Assembly: GCA_016839745.1 (NCBI GenBank)
Contig: JAEOTS010000044.1
Span: 1 to 64,000 of the forward strand
DNA: 64,000 nucleotides
From: Promethearchaeota archaeon
Lineage (GTDB): Archaea; Asgardarchaeota; Lokiarchaeia; Sigyniarchaeales; SOKP01
Direction of reading: 5' to 3'
This document shows positions 58,544 to 64,000 of the stretch, piece after piece. Each line of letters opens with the position of its first letter. The stretch's first letter is position 1. The notes under the pieces were generated by a model, which ran no database searches, was not told where the DNA came from, and saw nothing but the letters and a program-made list of their open reading frames with translations. The position numbers were made by a program, and so were the translations under genes.

Positions 58544-60175
58544 TTAGAATATATCAAATGCCTTTCCCATCCAGTATACGACCAAGTAACTATTAGGTAT
58601 TACTTGTCTTAATCCAAGATTATAAGTTTCATTATCACCACCAGGTCCAAAGAATTTACTACCTTCCCATAGGAAATGATGAACACCCATTTCTGAGACT
58701 GTTAAAGGGAGTTTATAATGAATATCCCTTTCATCATCGCTCCAAATTTCAATTGTTTCTCCAACCCAGGAAAAAAGCGTTCCGTATATATTGTTTTCAA
58801 AGAAATTAATCCATTTTACTCTACTCGGATCAACTTCCATACTAGAGATTTCTGGATTTAAACTGGTAGCTCTTGTAGAATTAGGTCTTACCGTTAAATT
58901 GTAATCTCTTACCCCATTTCCCCATCCTGAAGTGTTAAATCTCCACAATTGATCTAAAATATCCCATCGTATAGTTTCATCGTTATATCTGGGATCCTCA
59001 AATAAAGAGGAGTCTTGTATTAGAGTCATAAAAGTAAGGTGAATGACATTAAAGAAGGCGTTTCGATGATATCTCAAGAAACTGTAAAAACCCTCTTCAA
59101 ACCTCTTGATATAATGATGCTGTAAAAGTGGATTATCTTCTAGCATTATTAAGGCAAATTCCACATCCATACTAAAGGCAAGGGCATAAGTATCGTACGC
59201 TGTGTTGCTTACTGAGCCCATGTGGCCATTATGCATTGACATTATTTTTGTTGCTGCGTAATTATAAAGAGAATCGTAAACATCTGGATACGCTGTAGCG
59301 CCAATTCGAAGTAGAGCTAGCTGCCACATACTTTCTCCTATTATTGGATTTAAATCAGATCCTACCGGTTCTCCGTTCCCACCTAATACTAACCAGTTAG
59401 TTTTACGAAATCCCTCGATCATTTGAGCCGTTAATAATTTAATTCTTTCAACAGACCACCGACTATCCTCGTTAGCTTCAGGATCAATAAATCTTAAAAC
59501 GCTTGCGAATCCCAAATAATACCCTGCTAACTCGTCACGGGATGTATGCAGCCTAACTCTCCAATTGCTATAAGGACCTGTTCCATTAAAATGACGATAG
59601 TAAGGATCGAATAACCATTGGTGATATTTTCGATTTTCTGGAGCAGAAACAAATCTTGCCGGCATCCCAGGATATTCTGGTCCTATACCTCCGTTAGGAG
59701 CAGCAAGCATGTTAGTAAAACCAGAAACACATTTTTTCACCATTCTTGTTGCATTTTCAAGCTCATTAGTATCACTGTTATCTAATGCATATTTATAGCG
59801 CAAACATTGAGAGGCAAGTGTATATCCTAAATGTAGGGCACCGTTATCCGTTTGATGCCAAGTTCCAACTTCACTGTAAGAATCATTGGTAAATGTAACA
59901 TCAATACTAATGTTAGTAGGAATGTGCCATTTCTCTAATTGGTAATCGTATTTATCTGCCATTTGGTCTAAATATGTTTGATTTCCGATGATTTGGTTTA
60001 AAGGAGTGAAGTAGTTAGTATTTGGAGGGTCAAGACTTAATGTTAGTGAAGCCAAATCGTCAAGAATATATAGGCCAAAGCCTACATAGCCGAAAAAACT
60101 AATGACTGGAATAGAAAATAAAATTGTAATAACGATATTTTTCTTTAAAAGGTTTTTTCTCGTTCTTATTCGCAA
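58544..60175 (-). CDS. membrane-anchored extracellular protein, probable alpha/alpha barrel (glycosidase/lyase-like)
   Basis: N-terminal TM; DNGAL..G, TSRDE..G; aromatic-rich. Confidence 0.6.
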   Translation of the reverse strand: MRIRTRKNLLKKNIVITILFSIPVISFFGYVGFGLYILDDLASLTLSLDPPNTNYFTPLNQIIGNQTYLDQMADKYDYQLEKWHIPTNISIDVTFTNDSYSEVGTWHQTDNGALHLGYTLASQCLRYKYALDNSDTNELENATRMVKKCVSGFTNMLAAPNGGIGPEYPGMPARFVSAPENRKYHQWLFDPYYRHFNGTGPYSNWRVRLHTSRDELAGYYLGFASVLRFIDPEANEDSRWSVERIKLLTAQMIEGFRKTNWLVLGGNGEPVGSDLNPIIGESMWQLALLRIGATAYPDVYDSLYNYAATKIMSMHNGHMGSVSNTAYDTYALAFSMDVEFALIMLEDNPLLQHHYIKRFEEGFYSFLRYHRNAFFNVIHLTFMTLIQDSSLFEDPRYNDETIRWDILDQLWRFNTSGWGNGVRDYNLTVRPNSTRATSLNPEISSMEVDPSRVKWINFFENNIYGTLFSWVGETIEIWSDDERDIHYKLPLTVSEMGVHHFLWEGSKFFGPGGDNETYNLGLRQVIPNSYLVVYWMGKAFDIF

Positions 60176-60253
60176 TTAAATCACACTTAGTATGTTATTA
60201 AATTAAAACATCTCATTTCTATTGCTTTGTATTTAATTTTACTTTTTATCTAT

Positions 60254-60997
60254 TTAAATTTTTAATAGTTGGAGCCATGATGAATTGTCTTTTAATTGCT
60301 CATATTTTTCTTTTGCTCCAATATCTCCTTTAAATTGACTTTTTTCCATCTTAATTACTCTTACTTTCCAATTTCGTTCTTTTATCCCATTTAGTAGAGC
60401 GCTAGGTAACTCTATTTCGCCCCTTTCAGAAGGAGTAAGAGTATTTAGAACATAAAAAATTTCCTTAGATAAAATGAAAACTCCACAATTGTTTAAATTT
60501 GTTTTTGAAGTCCCTCGTGGGGGTTTTTCAATTATATCTTTCAAAATAAGATCATCACAATAAATTGCGGCTCCCAAATAAGGGTCTTCTGTGTAATTTG
60601 CCACTAAAATGAAATCACGATTCTCATTTAGGTAAGTATCACACACATTTTTATAAATATCGTAAGGAACTAGTGTATCTCCCCAGGTTAGAAAAAAGTG
60701 ATCATCAGTAATGGATTTTTCACAAAGCAATAAAGCCCCGCCTGTCCCATTTAATACTGTTTGCTCTATATATTCAATTTCTACATTCCATTTTTTACCA
60801 GTTTTAAAGTAATCTATAATTTGCTCCTTACGATATCCTACAACTAAAATTATATCTCGAAAACCCGTATACCTTATACCATTTATAATGTATTCTAAAA
60901 AGGGTTTCCCATGAACTTGTAGCATGGTTTTTTGTATCTTATCAGTATAAGGTTTTAACCTTTTTCCAAGACCAGCGCACAAAATTATAGCTTTCAA
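60254..60997 (-). CDS. sugar-phosphate nucleotidyltransferase
   Basis: AIILCAGLGKRL.P.T, GTGGAL, WGD, IEKP, RGEIEL. Confidence 0.9.
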   Translation of the reverse strand: MKAIILCAGLGKRLKPYTDKIQKTMLQVHGKPFLEYIINGIRYTGFRDIILVVGYRKEQIIDYFKTGKKWNVEIEYIEQTVLNGTGGALLLCEKSITDDHFFLTWGDTLVPYDIYKNVCDTYLNENRDFILVANYTEDPYLGAAIYCDDLILKDIIEKPPRGTSKTNLNNCGVFILSKEIFYVLNTLTPSERGEIELPSALLNGIKERNWKVRVIKMEKSQFKGDIGAKEKYEQLKDNSSWLQLLKI

Positions 60998-62097
60998 TAT
61001 TGTTCAACTCCAGTACTAGTTTTTAAGATATGAGCTTCTCCACCCGATTCTTCAATTGCGTTCTTAATTAAATATTCCTTATTGGGTAAAAGAGCAAACA
61101 TCGTTCCACCAAATCCTGAGCCATTAATTTTCCCTCCAAAAGCTCCTGTTTTTAGACAATTTCTGAGCATCATATTAATTTTCTCAGTAGATATCTGAAT
61201 GTTTTCATTTAATTGTTGTTGGTGAAGATTTAAAAGATTCCCGAGTTCTTGATAGAAATCAATATCGACATTCAATATCTTTTTATTAGTTAATAAGGAA
61301 TATTGCTTATCGATTAATTCTTTTGCTTTAAAAGTAATATCTCTATTAATAATATTTCCTATAATCTTTTGTTTAAACTCCTTTTTTAGATTGACCAAGT
61401 AAGGCTCAATATCTTCTAATTTTGTGTTAAATTGATTGAAATCTGGCATAATGTTTTTTATTATTTTAAACGCCTTTAATGTCGCATTTTTCGTTTTTAG
61501 TAAATCATCCACAGTTGCTTTTTTTTCCTTAGAGTTACCTAATACAAAACCTCCTAATGTTAAGTAATATACAAATAAATAAGGTTTTGGGATTTCAGGT
61601 TTTAAAAAGATTAGGTTACCGAATACAGAGTTGAAATGATCCATCATGCCTCCTCCTTCTTTAAATTCCTTTACTTCTGTATTATAACCCTCTAATGCCA
61701 TTTGAAAAGAATCTAATTCTTTACCACTTACTAAATTTAAAAAATACAACCATGCAATAACTAAAGCAGAAGAACTTGCAACACCAGCGTTTATTGGTAT
61801 ATCGCCAGTAATTTTGATTTTATACCCTTTTTCAAACTTGCAGTTTCTCCGAATAAATTGATTATAACCACTTACTAAATAGTCTCGATTTGATGTATAT
61901 TCCAATTCTCCGCTATTCAGTTGAAGTTCTATAGAAACATCTATATCTGGTTGATTAATTAAAAATTTTGGTTCTGGAATTCTTTCTGCTTGCAAATAAA
62001 TATATTTAGATATCGCCATAGAGATAATTGGATAATTTAAATAGTCTTGATGCTCGCCAAAAAGGCATATTCTTCCTGGAGACTTTATATTTATCAT
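60994..62097 (-). CDS. GHMP kinase (galactokinase-like)
   Basis: PGRICLFGEHQDY, IPINAGVASSSA, G.MD, GSGFGG. Confidence 0.9.
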   Translation of the reverse strand: MINIKSPGRICLFGEHQDYLNYPIISMAISKYIYLQAERIPEPKFLINQPDIDVSIELQLNSGELEYTSNRDYLVSGYNQFIRRNCKFEKGYKIKITGDIPINAGVASSSALVIAWLYFLNLVSGKELDSFQMALEGYNTEVKEFKEGGGMMDHFNSVFGNLIFLKPEIPKPYLFVYYLTLGGFVLGNSKEKKATVDDLLKTKNATLKAFKIIKNIMPDFNQFNTKLEDIEPYLVNLKKEFKQKIIGNIINRDITFKAKELIDKQYSLLTNKKILNVDIDFYQELGNLLNLHQQQLNENIQISTEKINMMLRNCLKTGAFGGKINGSGFGGTMFALLPNKEYLIKNAIEESGGEAHILKTSTGVEQY

Positions 62098-62314
62098 TTT
62101 TTCTTATTTATCAAAGTCGAAATATTCGCATTTAATTTCTAATCAATTTTTTTAAGAATCTTTCTAATAAAAAGAATTCAGAGTATGATTAAGATAATAC
62201 AAGGATATTACTTTTTTTTTTCTTTTTTAGTAGTTAGATTTTATTGACGCATTAATTAGTGATTTTTCTTGGTATTTTTATAAATATCTAAAAAAGGTAT
62301 GATGAGTTTAATTA

Positions 62315-63064
62315 ATGATACATGATTTTCTAATAATCAAAGACGGCTTACCATTATTATTTAAGAATTTTTCTATAACTAAAAATATTTTTTCAGAAGC
62401 AGATTCATTAATACTGGTTTCTGGTTTTTTTTCTGCTTTAAACTCATTTTCTGACTCATTTGAAGATTTAGGAACGATTAGTGAATTGAAATTATCTAAC
62501 AATGAACTGAAGTTATCATTCTTAAAGGATTCAAGCATACCTAATCTAATATACATTGCCACATATGATGAAAAATCTAAACCAGTCAATGTTCTAAGGA
62601 TTTTGAGAAAACTTTCTCGTACTTTTTTACAGAAATTTAGTATCGATGATATCGTAAATTGGAAAGGTAACATTAATGAGTTTAAATCTTTTGACGATAT
62701 ATTAACGGCTTTTGTAGAAGAAGAATTAAGGGAGAGCGATACAGGATTTAAGGAACGAGTCGTGGCATTGTTTAAGTGTGTAGAAGAAAAAATCAATGAA
62801 GAAACAAATTTATTAACGCTAAAAAGTAAGTTAGATCCTCCACCTAACTTACCTAATTATTGTAATCAAATTCCTCGCTTTACTTCTCTTAAGAAAGTTA
62901 ATCCAAAATATTTTCTAACAGGGGAAACTTCGCACAAAGTATTTTATCAAATTGACGGAAAGAAATCCATCAGGCAAATTACGGAAAGTTTGGATTTGAA
63001 CCATGAACAAGTATATAATATATGCAAGAACCTCGTAAAATTTGGTTTTGTGAACTTAGCTTAA
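62315..63064 (+). CDS. longin-like domain + C-terminal winged helix (NPRL2-like)
   Basis: FLII.DGLPL, LVSGFFSALNSF, L...F...F longin pattern; IDGKKSI..I...L.L....V.....NLV.FG. Confidence 0.75.
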   Translation: MIHDFLIIKDGLPLLFKNFSITKNIFSEADSLILVSGFFSALNSFSDSFEDLGTISELKLSNNELKLSFLKDSSIPNLIYIATYDEKSKPVNVLRILRKLSRTFLQKFSIDDIVNWKGNINEFKSFDDILTAFVEEELRESDTGFKERVVALFKCVEEKINEETNLLTLKSKLDPPPNLPNYCNQIPRFTSLKKVNPKYFLTGETSHKVFYQIDGKKSIRQITESLDLNHEQVYNICKNLVKFGFVNLA

Positions 63065-64000
63065 GAATTATAACTAAAAATGTCAAAAATCCAAGCTCGC
63101 CCCCCTGCATCTTCAATAGCTCGAGCAACTTCTTTTTCTTTTCCAGGAGCAATCGCGAGCATGCAACCTCCGCCCCCTGCTCCCATTTGTTTTGCCCCAA
63201 GAGCACCAGCACTTCTAGAAGCTAAGCAAAGTTTTAGGATTTTATCGGTTGCGGCATCTAGTATTATTTCCTGCTTCTGTTGCATATTCATAAGTTCTCC
63301 AAGTTTTTTGAAATCTTTAGTCAAGAGAGCTACTTTTCCTTGATAAACACATTCTTCAATCACTTTAAATGCTTCTAAAGTTTTAACATCTTTCTCTTTA
63401 ATTTTCTTTTTGATCCGATTTAATACTGATGCTGCTTTTCTATCCTCCATTGAATCTCCTACAACAATAGGAAGATAATTAACTTCTAGTTGCTCAACTT
63501 TCGGATTTTCGTCAGTATGAATAAATGTTATCCCCCCGTGAGCAATGCTATATTGATCCATTCTCCCGCATTGTATTCCTAAATCGTTATTTTCTCCTAA
63601 ATACGCAAGTTCAGCAATTTCAATATTAGAAAGATTTAAAGAAAAAGCTTCGCTCATAATTTTTAGAAAACCTACTGATAATGCTGCTGAAGTAGATAAC
63701 CCCACACCAATAGGAATGTCAGATTCAACTTCAAGATAAAATCCGTGGGTAATTTTATTTTTTAACCTTTCATACAAAACGCTCCAATAAGCTAGATCAA
63801 TATCTCTTGGAGGCGAATCTTGTAAATTGAACTTAATTCTTTCATTGGTATCACGGCTATAGAATTCAATTGCATCATCGGAACGTGATTTGTAATAAAA
63901 CTTCATCATTAGGTTAATAGCCATAGCTATAACTGGTTTTCCTAATAAATCTACTTTATCTCCGATAATACAGATACGTCCTGGAATTTTAAGAAATAAT
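63061..64000 (-). CDS. GHMP kinase (mevalonate/galactokinase-like), 5' partial
   Basis: Frame is open to the window edge: PGRICIIGDKVD, IPIGVGLSTSAA, CGRMDQ, GAGGGG. Confidence 0.88.
   Translation of the reverse strand, partial: LFLKIPGRICIIGDKVDLLGKPVIAMAINLMMKFYYKSRSDDAIEFYSRDTNERIKFNLQDSPPRDIDLAYWSVLYERLKNKITHGFYLEVESDIPIGVGLSTSAALSVGFLKIMSEAFSLNLSNIEIAELAYLGENNDLGIQCGRMDQYSIAHGGITFIHTDENPKVEQLEVNYLPIVVGDSMEDRKAASVLNRIKKKIKEKDVKTLEAFKVIEECVYQGKVALLTKDFKKLGELMNMQQKQEIILDAATDKILKLCLASRSAGALGAKQMGAGGGGCMLAIAPGKEKEVARAIEDAGGRAWIFDIFSYNS

Noticed and set aside
804-63343. Many 60-160 aa ORFs antisense to or overlapping long genes (e.g. 1099..1365, 10131..10439, 39901..40254, 50615..51049, 62308..62796)
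   Set aside because: They are shadows of well-supported genes with no motifs; the similarity of 1099..1365 and 2690..2881 just mirrors the duplicated genes
1-64000. CRISPR arrays, IS elements, prophage/integrase at the tRNAs, Sec/Pyl read-through
   Set aside because: I saw no spaced direct repeats, transposase/integrase motifs, duplicated tRNA 3' ends, or genes broken by in-frame TGA/TAG; this was by eye, so subtle cases could be missed

Overview
AT-rich, gene-dense archaeal chromosomal window, most likely from an Asgard archaeon (Lokiarchaeia-like). The assignment rests on an archaeal histone, SRP19, rps8e, a proteasome beta subunit, archaeal GltX, GGTGA/GAGG-type SD sites and a longin-type protein. 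It holds about 55 CDS and two tRNA genes, tRNA-Pro(GGG) and tRNA-Arg(GCG), each with a 30-nt intron at a non-canonical position (25/26 and 58/59). I saw no rRNA, CRISPR array, transposase or integrase. Blocks: (i) 1-12.9 kb, flavin oxidoreductases, a CCG Fe-S protein, a 2-hydroxyacyl-CoA dehydratase pair and an ADP-forming acyl-CoA ligase; (ii) 13-36 kb, housekeeping genes plus candidate eukaryote-like proteins (legumain-like protease with an inserted domain, a 1470-aa prenyltransferase-repeat/coiled-coil/PCI-like membrane protein, nuclease-less Hef, JAMM, proteasome beta); (iii) 41-58 kb, a putative glycolipid/sugar-acid scavenging region (cytoplasmic EGCrP-type GH5, one SCP2 and two SCP2-like proteins, SDRs, ALDH, KdgK coupled to a BKACE enzyme) with a truncated M24 gene remnant; (iv) 60-64 kb, GHMP kinases, a nucleotidyltransferase and a longin + NPRL2-like protein. 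Non-coding signals include a pseudoknot-capable leader before a B12-radical SAM gene, a palindromic promoter motif shared by two distant zinc-ribbon membrane genes, and several likely non-canonical start codons. All calls come from reading motifs by eye; no searches were run.
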